Shown here: piece by piece, positions 47,801-55,579 of the stretch | Position numbering within the stretch: the stretch's first letter is position 1 | Layout of the letters: each line of letters begins with the position of its first letter | Source: Methanolinea sp. | GTDB lineage: Archaea > Halobacteriota > Methanomicrobia > Methanomicrobiales > Methanospirillaceae | Length of the DNA: 64,000 nt | Assembly: GCA_030019395.1 (NCBI GenBank) | Contig: JASEES010000002.1 | Coordinates: forward strand, 47,443-111,442 | Reading direction: 5' to 3' | Position numbers and translations under genes: made by a program | The notes under the pieces: model-generated | Databases searched by the model: none | What the model saw: only the letters and a program-made list of their open reading frames with translations | Told to the model about the DNA's origin: nothing

Positions 47801-48012
47801 TCGTCCGCGCAACGGCCCGCATCCCCGACGAAAGGATCTGCAGGATGGTCGCAGAGACATGGAAAAAGGGGATCATGGACGAGATCCGGGCCGTCTCCCT
47901 GGATTTTTCATGCGACCAGTCCCCGGCAGGAAAGGATGCTGACCTTGTGCGGGACTGGGACGTCGAGGGGGTCAGCATGACCCTCTCCCTTTCACGGGCT
48001 GCGCAGGATTGA
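44827..48012 (+). CDS. ileS: Isoleucine--tRNA ligase
   Basis: 1061 aa. HIGH motif PPYTTGHIHLGTA, KMSKS motif RKMSKSLGN, and a CP1 editing domain. Confidence 0.97.
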   Translation: MKEEKSSYQAGEIEEAVQAFWTEENIFRRVEEMRKGGEDFFFVDGPPYTTGHIHLGTAWNKIIKDCILRYHRMCGRNVIARAGYDMHGLPIEVRVEQKLGFSSKKDIERFGIGKFIEHCREFAATNKDVMSRQFLRLGAWLDFDDPYQTMHPGYIEAAWWTLRRADEEGMLERGFRVVNWCPRCATAIADAEVEYWDETDPSIFVKFPVEGRENEYIVIWTTTPWTLPANVAVAVNPDFTYARVEATKGGRKEILWMARDLIENVLKKGRYQDYTVLSTCPGTDMQALSYTSPLRDQVPAQGQIRHRVVPADFVAPENTGIVHIAPGHGWDDYVLGCREGLEILCPVDIHGRFTGQGGKYANLFVKEADPVVMADLGSHLLAQESVVHRYGHCWRCKTPIIFRATEQWFLKASQMRDRMLEEVAKVTWYPDWAGSARFHDWIKEARDWCISRQRYWGIPIPIWTCGSCGTYRVIGTLRELEEASGTTVTDPHRPWVDQVEIPCACGGVMRRVEDIFDVWFDSAVASWATLGFPGRKDDFERLWPADFITEGQDQTRGWFYSQLGASVIAFGKAPYRSVLMHGFALDAEGRKMSKSLGNVVTPEEVIRTQGADVLRLYVLSQNAPWDDLRFNWEGVRNTARAINILWNVYRFPLPYMILDRFEPSSRGGMWEGTYVRENFSSLEPVDRWIVSRVNNLAAQVTGDISSCNLHRASRALVQFVLEDLSRWYVQLVRERMWIEGESPEKTAAYETMYYVMRVLLALAAPFVPHVTEAMYRNMKLEKDPQSVHMLPWQKGDPALVDRQLEEMMEAVRSFDEAQANARQAGKRKLRWPVKECVVVTDSPGIAGAIGTLAPICRERANAREVRAVLGHWDRIGWKAEPVMKALGPAFGKNAPRVRELILAADGNAMKAALESGGVFVLSDGNARYEVTPGQVTFVEQLPEGICSAPMQGGTVYVDTTLSPDLEAEGYAREIIRRFQEMRRQLDLRVEDFVRATARIPDERICRMVAETWKKGIMDEIRAVSLDFSCDQSPAGKDADLVRDWDVEGVSMTLSLSRAAQD

Positions 48013-48723
48013 GGAGAGGAGGGCACGGCCCTCCGGCGAGGCAAAGACGGGCAGGTTCCGATCCGTGACGACCTCGCTCCGGTAGCTCTCCTCGACCTTC
48101 CCGGCACGGGGGTTGAAACCTTTCACTTTTCTCTCCCGCTTCCTGACAAGGATGCCCCTCCGCTGCCAGGCCGGGGTCTCTGCGAGGTTGACACCGCGGG
48201 AGAAAGCAACCTCGTGCATTTCGCGGGCCGGCCTGCCCTTCAGGAAGGCCGCTGCCTCCTTCCTGGTCATACCTTCCCGGACAAGGATGTACTGGCAGTA
48301 CGCGTTCATGTGGTTCCTCCATGCCTCGCCCTGCCTGTGGATCAGGTACTCGGGGGCAACCTCGGGTGTGACATGGATGATCCGGGCATCGAAAGAGACG
48401 GGTTCGGTGCTCTCCATTGCAATCGTGAGGGCACTTGCCGCGAATGAGGCAGTCACGGAATCGAGCTTTTCCACCCGCCCGTTGAAGGGGAGCCGCGAGA
48501 AGTAGAGGTTGATCTCGTCGGAGAACGTGAAGGCAAGGTCGGGGGAAAGACCGCTTTCAGTGATGAGCCGTTCCCCGACGCGTGCCATTGCGTTGGCAAA
48601 CCTCTCGTCGAAGGGGCGCTCCAGCGCCCAGGACTCTGCGAACCGGTGGAAACTCCGGCCGTCCAGCCTGATGAAAAGCGGCGGGAGTGCCACGAGGTTG
48701 CTGTAGAGTTCACGGTGTCGCAT
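47992..48723 (-). CDS. thg1: tRNA(His) guanylyltransferase / Thg1-like protein
   Basis: 243 aa. FIRLDGRSFHRF and FTFSDEINL catalytic-palm motifs. Confidence 0.85.
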   Translation of the reverse strand: MRHRELYSNLVALPPLFIRLDGRSFHRFAESWALERPFDERFANAMARVGERLITESGLSPDLAFTFSDEINLYFSRLPFNGRVEKLDSVTASFAASALTIAMESTEPVSFDARIIHVTPEVAPEYLIHRQGEAWRNHMNAYCQYILVREGMTRKEAAAFLKGRPAREMHEVAFSRGVNLAETPAWQRRGILVRKRERKVKGFNPRAGKVEESYRSEVVTDRNLPVFASPEGRALLSSILRSP

Positions 48724-48780
48724 AAAAAGGGGGAAGAAAGCGTGTCTGGTCCGGCGGGAAAAGAGCCATGCCCGGTGCTT

Positions 48781-49062
48781 CTACCGGGGATTCTCCGCCG
48801 GGGCACCCGTCTTGAATGCACCGGGGAGGTGGCGGATGATCACGATGTCCCCGATACTCCTGATGATGCGGAAGGGAATCTTGAGACCCTTGTAATTCTT
48901 GATGTCCACGAGATCCTGGTTGAGCTTGCCCACGACAAGGGATTCCATCTTCTTGCCCTCGATATCGAGGATGACGTCTTCCACTTCACCCACGAAGACA
49001 CTCTTTTCAGTGTAAATATTCAGTCCAAACAACTCCGTAATCTGGGTTCTCATCCTAATCAT
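48781..49062 (-). CDS. PRC-barrel domain protein
   Basis: 93 aa. The pattern L.G..VY...G..VG.V.DV..D is typical of archaeal PRC-barrel proteins. Confidence 0.75.
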   Translation of the reverse strand: MIRMRTQITELFGLNIYTEKSVFVGEVEDVILDIEGKKMESLVVGKLNQDLVDIKNYKGLKIPFRIIRSIGDIVIIRHLPGAFKTGAPAENPR

Positions 49063-49102
49063 GGAAGATATATACCATGATAGTTAAAAAGATACTCCTT
49101 TA

Positions 49103-50236
49103 ATGAACGGGTCTTTCAAAATAGGTTCCATTTTTGGCATTCCCATCCTGATCCACTGGACATTTCTGATCATCATCCCTGTATTTGCATGGATAATCGG
49201 CACCCAGATCCTCCTTACCGTCGACCTGCTCTCGAATACGTTCGGCGTCCCGATCGACACGACGTACCTCCTTCCGGGATTAAACCCGTACATCCTCGGC
49301 GCTTTCGTTGCACTCGGGCTCTTTGCCGGTGTCCTTCTCCACGAGATCGCGCACTGCATCGTTGCAAAGAGGAAGGGAGTTCCCATCCACAGCATCACTC
49401 TCCTCGTCTTTGGCGGAGTCTCTTCCATGGAGGACAGCGCTCCCGATCCCCGCGTCGAGCTCCCGATGGCACTCGTCGGTCCCCTGACGAGCCTCGCCAC
49501 CGGTCTCCTTTTCATCGCCCTCATGTATGCCGTTACCCTTGCGGGTTTCGCCGGACCCCTCTCCGGCCTGCTGGTCTTTGCGTTCTCGTACCTGGGGCTG
49601 CTGAACGTGTTCCTGTTCGCGTTCAACCTCCTGCCTGCATTCCCGATGGACGGGGGGCGCGTGCTCCGGGCATACCTCGCGACACGGATGCCCCTTCCCG
49701 ACGCGACGAGGATTGCAGCGGACGTGGGAAAGGCGTTTGCGGTCATCTTCGGGATCGTGGGGGTCCTGCTCTTTTCTCCCATCCTGATCCTGATCGCGTT
49801 TTTCATCTACATCGGTGCAACGCAGGAATCGGCCGCAATCCGGTACACGTTTCTCCTCAAGGACGTTACCGTGGGCGATATCATGTCAAGCCCGGTAATG
49901 ACGGTCTCCCCCCAGACACCTGTCCGGGAGGTCATCGACCTCATGTATGCAACAAAGCACCTGGGCTTTCCCGTGGTCGAGAGGGGCCACCTCGCAGGTA
50001 TGGTCACCCTTGCCGACCTCCACAGGGTCAGCCCCATTGACCGCGAGGCAATGCAGGTCCGGGACGTCATGACGAGGGACATCATCACGCTTCCGCCGTC
50101 GGCACCGGTCATCGATGCCCTGCGCACGATGTCCGCAAAGAACATCGGGCGCATCCCCGTCACCGTCGATGACCAGCTGGTCGGCATCGTGACAAAGACC
50201 GATATCCTCAAGGTCATCGAGTTGCGCGAGATCTAG
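49103..50236 (+). CDS. Site-2 protease family (M50) metalloprotease with a C-terminal CBS pair
   Basis: 377 aa. HEIAHCIVA (HExxH), NLLPAFPMDGGRVLR (the second M50 motif), then two CBS motifs. Confidence 0.9.
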   Translation: MNGSFKIGSIFGIPILIHWTFLIIIPVFAWIIGTQILLTVDLLSNTFGVPIDTTYLLPGLNPYILGAFVALGLFAGVLLHEIAHCIVAKRKGVPIHSITLLVFGGVSSMEDSAPDPRVELPMALVGPLTSLATGLLFIALMYAVTLAGFAGPLSGLLVFAFSYLGLLNVFLFAFNLLPAFPMDGGRVLRAYLATRMPLPDATRIAADVGKAFAVIFGIVGVLLFSPILILIAFFIYIGATQESAAIRYTFLLKDVTVGDIMSSPVMTVSPQTPVREVIDLMYATKHLGFPVVERGHLAGMVTLADLHRVSPIDREAMQVRDVMTRDIITLPPSAPVIDALRTMSAKNIGRIPVTVDDQLVGIVTKTDILKVIELREI

Positions 50237-51885
50237 GAGAACGAGAAGAGGTGGTCGAGGGGGAGCGGCCCGGCAACGGCCCTCAGCTCCCCGATGTCGC
50301 GGAAGGGCCTTGCCCCTGCTATCCGGGCAGCACGCTGTTTTCCGACCCCCGGTATCCAGGAGAGTGCCCGGGCGGGCAGGGTGTTGATAGCGATGGGGAC
50401 GGGAAGGGCCGTGACGGATCGCATCCCGTGGTCGACCACCACGGCGTCGAGGACGGAGAGAAGCGGCAGCCGGAGGGGTATGCCGGCGAGGATGGGGTAA
50501 GACCCCATCTGGCGGCCAAACGAAGGTATGCCCTCCTCCTCGATGACAAGGTTCCGGAGGATCGTTCCGACGGGAAAGACGCGCTGCAGCATCGGGAGGT
50601 CGAACTTTTCACGGACGCGGGCCTTGAAGGAGGCAAAGAGCGATTTGTGCGCACCGAGCGTGTTCTCGGTATACGCCCGTGTCCCCTCAAACGGCATCAG
50701 CTGCCTGATGTTGACCCTCCGCACCAGCAGACCGGAGGCAAGGACGCGGTCGAGGAACCGGAGGTTCTCACTGTATGTCCGTGCAGTCTCCCCCGCGAGC
50801 CCGGCAACGAAGTTGAGGCCGGGAAGCAGGTGGGGAATGCCCTCTTCCCTGTGCCCACCGGCCTCGTTCACGATGCGGATCGCGAGAAAGACCTCGTCGG
50901 GCTGTGCCTTGAGGTTGTTGCGCTCGATGACGACAGGGTCCGCGGTCTCCATGCCGAATGCAGCAACGTCCCCGGGGGTGTGGCAGGAAACGATTGCATC
51001 GAGCGCAGCACGGCTCTCGTCCGGGTGGCGGGCGATCGTGCCCGGGTTGACGTTGTCGATATGGAGGGTCGCGAGGGTGGGAGCTGCCCTGCGCACGCAC
51101 GAGAAGAGCTCTTCGATCTTTTCGGGGACCGGAGACGGGAACTCGGAGGCCGGCGATGCACCGTACACGAGGAGGTCAGGCTGCCGACCGAGCCGGAAGT
51201 GCCTCGCCCCGGCACGTGAGAGGGCATCCACTTCGCGGGCTATCGCGTCGACCGTCCGGAAGACGGGGGGGCCGTAGAAGGGTTCCGTGCAGAACGAGCA
51301 CCCGCCCGAGTGGAACCGCGTGCACCCCCGTGCGGTCTCGAGCTCGCACATCACAAGGGGAAAGCGGGGGTGTTTCCTGATGATCCCGGCACCCGAAACG
51401 CTCCATGGGTCTTCCCTTTTGTAATCGAATGATCCGGACGGCTCTTTGCCGGAGAGGTACCTGTCCAGCGCGGATGCAGGGGATCCCGAAAGGACTGCAT
51501 CGAACCCCGGGACTGCCCCTTTCTCTGCCTTCCTGCCGCCGCCCGGCGAGTACCCGAAGGCTATCGGCCCCGCGAGCACCTTTTCGGGCAAGGAGAGTGC
51601 AGCTCCGATCTGGTGGATCTCGGTAAGGGTCGCGGGTGTGCCGCCCATGTACTTACCCGGGACGGTCACGCCTGCAACCATGACGACGAGGGAACTCTCG
51701 TTGAGCACCCGGAGTGTCGCCGGGTCCTGCCTCACCTGGTCGATCGTCAGGTACCCGGTCTCGAATTCCCGCTCGGTGAGCACGCCCGCAAGCGTCCGGA
51801 TCGACGGGGAGATGAAGGGCGGGACGCCGAGGCATGCCGGTTCGTCCACGTACCCGTCGAGGATGAATGCCGTCTTCTTCTTCAT
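50233..51885 (-). CDS. Radical-SAM-superfamily protein with an N-terminal B12-binding-like domain and a C-terminal helix-hairpin-helix
   Basis: Start set at ATG 51885 (MKKKTAFILDGY), giving an ATGA overlap with the mptE stop. Cluster motif GCTRFHSGGCSFC. C-terminal HhH-like LSWIPGVGKQRAARIAG. Confidence 0.8.
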   Translation of the reverse strand: MKKKTAFILDGYVDEPACLGVPPFISPSIRTLAGVLTEREFETGYLTIDQVRQDPATLRVLNESSLVVMVAGVTVPGKYMGGTPATLTEIHQIGAALSLPEKVLAGPIAFGYSPGGGRKAEKGAVPGFDAVLSGSPASALDRYLSGKEPSGSFDYKREDPWSVSGAGIIRKHPRFPLVMCELETARGCTRFHSGGCSFCTEPFYGPPVFRTVDAIAREVDALSRAGARHFRLGRQPDLLVYGASPASEFPSPVPEKIEELFSCVRRAAPTLATLHIDNVNPGTIARHPDESRAALDAIVSCHTPGDVAAFGMETADPVVIERNNLKAQPDEVFLAIRIVNEAGGHREEGIPHLLPGLNFVAGLAGETARTYSENLRFLDRVLASGLLVRRVNIRQLMPFEGTRAYTENTLGAHKSLFASFKARVREKFDLPMLQRVFPVGTILRNLVIEEEGIPSFGRQMGSYPILAGIPLRLPLLSVLDAVVVDHGMRSVTALPVPIAINTLPARALSWIPGVGKQRAARIAGARPFRDIGELRAVAGPLPLDHLFSFS

Positions 51886-52496
51886 GGAAGGATCTGCCGG
51901 AGGAGGCGCCGGGCCCATGCGAGTTTTGCCCTCTTCATCCGGTCGACGCGGGTGTCGTCGAGGTCAAACCCGCGCAGCGTGATGCCCGAGGCGCCGAGGG
52001 CCTGCGCCGCAAAGACTGCACGGTCCCCGTCGGTGAATCCCCCGAAATTGTGGACGCGGGGCAGGGGGTGGCTCTGGGTCGTCCCGACAACGGGCCCGGG
52101 GAACCGGGGGACCCAGGAGCGAAGGAGCGGGATGTTGTCGCCGTGGGCATGCACGACAATGATCGTGCCTTCCCTGTTCATGTCGATGAACTCATCCTGG
52201 GCACCGTCGAGGTCGGTAAAGATCGCATCCGGCCGGATGCCATGGGCATAAAGGACGAGGGCTGCAGCGTCAGCGGCAAGAACGCACCCGGTGACGAGGG
52301 AGATCTCGCGCGAAAGGGCAGGGGCGTTTCCGCAGACGCAGACATCTTTCCCCGCGATTAACCGGGCGAGGAGCGGGAGGTCATCACGGTCGAGGAGACC
52401 GGCGAGGATATCGGCAGCCCGTTCGTCTTCTTTCCGGTCGAACCCGAAGTACTCGACGATCTCCCTGTAGACGGGCTCCCACTCCTCAAACTTCAT
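51882..52496 (-). CDS. mptE: 6-hydroxymethyl-7,8-dihydropterin pyrophosphokinase, archaeal MptE type (DUF115)
   Basis: 204 aa from ATG 52496 (MKFEEWEPVYREI..FGF). Motifs VCVCGNAPAL, TDLDG and HAHGDN. The longer track ORF extends upstream into off-frame sequence. Confidence 0.75.
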   Translation of the reverse strand: MKFEEWEPVYREIVEYFGFDRKEDERAADILAGLLDRDDLPLLARLIAGKDVCVCGNAPALSREISLVTGCVLAADAAALVLYAHGIRPDAIFTDLDGAQDEFIDMNREGTIIVVHAHGDNIPLLRSWVPRFPGPVVGTTQSHPLPRVHNFGGFTDGDRAVFAAQALGASGITLRGFDLDDTRVDRMKRAKLAWARRLLRQILP

Positions 52497-53949
52497 GGCC
52501 CTCCTCTGCTTCGAGCCCGACGAGGCCCATGAACCTCCTGATGAGCGGGTCCATGACGAGTGCAAGGAGTCCCTCCTTGTTCCTGACGCGCCGGAAGTAG
52601 GAGAGCGGGATGGTGGCGGCTGCCATGTTCGGGTGGCCCCCTGCATCGCCGATGTCGCCGAATGCCTCCTCGAGGACGTTTCCGATGTGGAGCCTGATAT
52701 CCCTGTTCCGGGCTGAAATAACGATTGCGTCATCCGTGATCCCGTAGACGAGGGCCGTGTTGACACCCTCGAGCGAGATCAGGAGGTCCGCTGCCTGGGG
52801 CAGGGAGTCGCGGTTGTGCACGTACCCGACGTTCGAGAAGAGGTACCCGCTCTGGATGTGCCGGTTCTTGATTGCATTCCCGAGAACGTCGAGCGTCTCC
52901 TGGGAGAGCGACGGGGACATGATCTGGTCGAGGATGTCCCCGTCCGTTAAGGGGAGGAGAAACGCAGCGTTCGCGAGGTCCTGGGGCGTCACGTTCCTCC
53001 GGAATTCCCGGGTGTCGGACCGGATCCCGTAGAAGAGACCGGTCGCGACGTTCTTGTCGACGGGGATGTCCAGTTCCTGGAGGTACTGGGAGATGATGCT
53101 TGCCGTTGCACCCATTCCCGGGCGGATATCGGAAAAAGCCGCACTATCCTGACCGTGCCCGTCCTTGTGGTGGTCGATGATGATGGAGACGCGTGTCCGT
53201 GGCGAGAGGGAGTTGTTCATCCCCGGGCCCGGGCTGTCCACGAGGGCGATGTAGGAGCAGTCCTGTATTGCCTCCGGGTCGAGCTTTTCCATCCTGATGT
53301 CCAGGAGGTTGACCATCGTCCGGTTCTCCTGGTGCCCGATGATCCCATCGTAAAAGATCCGGCACTTAAGTTTCTGGGGGTTGGCACTCTTCGCAATCGC
53401 GGCGAGTGCCATGGCGCTCCCGATGGCATCCGGGTCAGGGTTGTTGTGGGTGACGATTGCGAGCGTCCCCTCCCACCCGGCGAGGAGGGAGTGCAGTTTC
53501 CGGGCGAGGCCGCCGGCATGGGCCTTGTCGGCCTGGTGAATGGCGGCCCTTGCGACCACCTGCTGGGGGTAGAGGACGAGGTCGGCTCCCGCAGACCCGA
53601 GCTGGCCGGCACCGAGGGGGTCTGTTGCACGGGCGATGATGTGGGTTCCGGGGAGGGCCTGGCGGAGTGTCCTGACTGCAGTTGTGTTCACCTGGTTGTT
53701 CCCGGAGAGGACGAACGCCACATCGAAAGAGGGAAGACCCGCAAGGAAACCGGGATCCGAGATGTCCCTCCGGACCGCGTCGAATTTCTGTTCGCGCAGT
53801 TCCCGCACCCGCGACTCGTCGATGTCGCAGACAAGGACGCTCTCTTTCCGTGCAGCCAGTTCCAACGCGACATGGTACCCCGTGGTCCCGCACCCGAGGA
53901 CTGCATACCGGACATTCCCCCCGGTTCCCGATTCACCGGCCCTTGGCAT
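52486..53949 (-). CDS. TrkA-N (NAD-binding) domain fused to a DHH/DHHA1 phosphoesterase (NrnA-like)
   Basis: 487 aa. N-terminal Rossmann GCGTTGYHVALEL. DHH-family motifs THNNPDPDAIGS, VDHHK-like IIDHHKDGHG, and DHHA1 GGHPNMAAA. Confidence 0.8.
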   Translation of the reverse strand: MPRAGESGTGGNVRYAVLGCGTTGYHVALELAARKESVLVCDIDESRVRELREQKFDAVRRDISDPGFLAGLPSFDVAFVLSGNNQVNTTAVRTLRQALPGTHIIARATDPLGAGQLGSAGADLVLYPQQVVARAAIHQADKAHAGGLARKLHSLLAGWEGTLAIVTHNNPDPDAIGSAMALAAIAKSANPQKLKCRIFYDGIIGHQENRTMVNLLDIRMEKLDPEAIQDCSYIALVDSPGPGMNNSLSPRTRVSIIIDHHKDGHGQDSAAFSDIRPGMGATASIISQYLQELDIPVDKNVATGLFYGIRSDTREFRRNVTPQDLANAAFLLPLTDGDILDQIMSPSLSQETLDVLGNAIKNRHIQSGYLFSNVGYVHNRDSLPQAADLLISLEGVNTALVYGITDDAIVISARNRDIRLHIGNVLEEAFGDIGDAGGHPNMAAATIPLSYFRRVRNKEGLLALVMDPLIRRFMGLVGLEAEEGHEV

Positions 53950-54054
53950 GCAAGAATGTCATTACGAGAGATAATTAAGGTTACAACAGGGACATGCCCT
54001 AAAAAAGCGATTCACGTGCATTTCCCGCCAAAGGGATGCGGGAAAACGAAAACA

Positions 54055-54062
54055 TTTATACT
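54055..54062 (+). promoter_or_regulatory. Putative TATA box for tRNA-Lys
   Basis: TTTATACT, preceded by purine-rich AAAACGAAAAC (BRE-like), lies about 36-43 nt upstream of the mature tRNA 5' end. Confidence 0.4.
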
Positions 54063-54097
54063 TCATTCGGACCCACATTTAAGGGCCAATCGGTCAC

Positions 54098-54171
54098 GGG
54101 CTTGTAGCTTAGTTCGGAAGAGCGACGGACTCTTAATCCGTAGGTCAAGGGTTCAAATCCCTTCAGGCCCG
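54098..54171 (+). tRNA. tRNA-Lys (anticodon CTT)
   Basis: Hand-folded cloverleaf. Acceptor stem GGGCTTG/CAGGCCC (one G-U pair). Anticodon stem ACGGA/TCCGT with loop CTCTTAA. T-arm AGGGTTCAAATCCCT. Discriminator G. No encoded CCA. Confidence 0.9.
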
Positions 54172-54573
54172 CTTTCTCTCCTGATGCTGTTTTTCCATAA
54201 CCGGTACATTCCCGGAGCTTTCGGGAAGTCTTTCCTGCACCGTGTTTCCTGCACATTGCAGGAGGAACAATGACTCCCAGCCCCTGCATCCCGGGGAAAT
54301 GTAACCCGGCTGCCCGGAAAAATCATTTTTCCCCTTGTTCCCGAATCATGACAGGTTCAGGAAGCGGGAAAGTGCTTCCGAACCGTCATCTCTCCGGAGT
54401 CCCCGGAATCATGGTCCGTGACACGGTCCGGGAACCGGAGGGACGGAAGAAAGATGCCGGGCCCGGCGCAGGATTCCCGCGATGAAGATGCCGTTTTCCA
54501 GCGCCAGCCCGACCTTTTTCCTGCATGGTCGACCGGCAAGGGGAGAGAGAACAGGCAGGAGAATGCCGGGTCA

Positions 54574-55461
54574 TTACGCCCCGATCTTCACCAGCATCTC
54601 CTCGAGGCTCGGGTAGTGCGACTCCACGCGCTCGACGGCCCCTCCCGCGGAGGCGATCTCCTGCGTGATCCGGTTCATCTCGCCGACACTCGGGGCATTG
54701 ACCCGGAAGTACCCGCCGTCACGCGAAAAGTCGCCGATCCCCCGGATCCGTTCCGGGTCGCCGATGGTGAAAAAGACCGTATAGTAGACGGATCCAAACA
54801 TCTCCCGCAGTTCCGAGATAGTTCCGAGGGCCACGCGTTCGCCCCGGCGCAGGATCAGGATCTGGTCGCAGATGGCCTCGACCTGGTAGAGGTTGTGGGC
54901 CGAAAGCACGATGGTCTTTTTCCGGGAACGCAGGTCACGCAGCAGGTCGATGATGTGGCGGGACGTCATGGGGTCGAGGCCCGATGTCGCCTCGTCGTAG
55001 ATGAGAATGGACGGGTCGTGGATGAGTGACCGGGCGATCGCCGCCTTTCTCTTCATGCCCTTCGAAAACTCCCCGATCTTCTTGCCATTGTCCTCGAGTG
55101 CGAGCCAGTCCAGGAGCTCGCGGCTCCGTGCCCGGATCGAGCTGCGATCCATCCCGTAGATCTCGCCGAAAAAGGTGAGGTACTCGTTCACCCTCATCGT
55201 CTCGTAGAGGCGTGATTCCTCGGGGAGGTACCCGATCACCTGCCGGATACCATCCGGGTTGTTCAGGGCGTTTTTCCCGTTTATCGCGAGCTGCCCGCCG
55301 GAGGGCTCGATGAGGCCGGCAAGTATCTTGAGAAGCGTGGTCTTTCCCGCACCGTTGTGCCCGATGATCCCCAGTATCCTGCCCTCGTCAAGGTCAAAGC
55401 TGATATTTCTGAGTACCGTCGTCTTCCCGTAAACCTTGGAGAGGTCCCTTGCCGTTATCAT
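54574..55461 (-). CDS. ABC transporter ATP-binding protein (ABC-2/NatA-like exporter ATPase)
   Basis: Start set at ATG 55461 (MITARDLSKVYGK). Walker A GHNGAGKTT, signature FSKGMKRK, Walker B ILIYDEATSGLD. Confidence 0.9.
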   Translation of the reverse strand: MITARDLSKVYGKTTVLRNISFDLDEGRILGIIGHNGAGKTTLLKILAGLIEPSGGQLAINGKNALNNPDGIRQVIGYLPEESRLYETMRVNEYLTFFGEIYGMDRSSIRARSRELLDWLALEDNGKKIGEFSKGMKRKAAIARSLIHDPSILIYDEATSGLDPMTSRHIIDLLRDLRSRKKTIVLSAHNLYQVEAICDQILILRRGERVALGTISELREMFGSVYYTVFFTIGDPERIRGIGDFSRDGGYFRVNAPSVGEMNRITQEIASAGGAVERVESHYPSLEEMLVKIGA

Positions 55462-55579
55462 GAGAGAGCCGGTCCCGTTGTCCAGATTCCTTGACCTGCA
55501 AGGTATTATAGGTACTGAACCTACCATTCACGGGAAAAGAATCGTGGACGTGCGGGTATTCCTCTCCCACGTGGCAACA

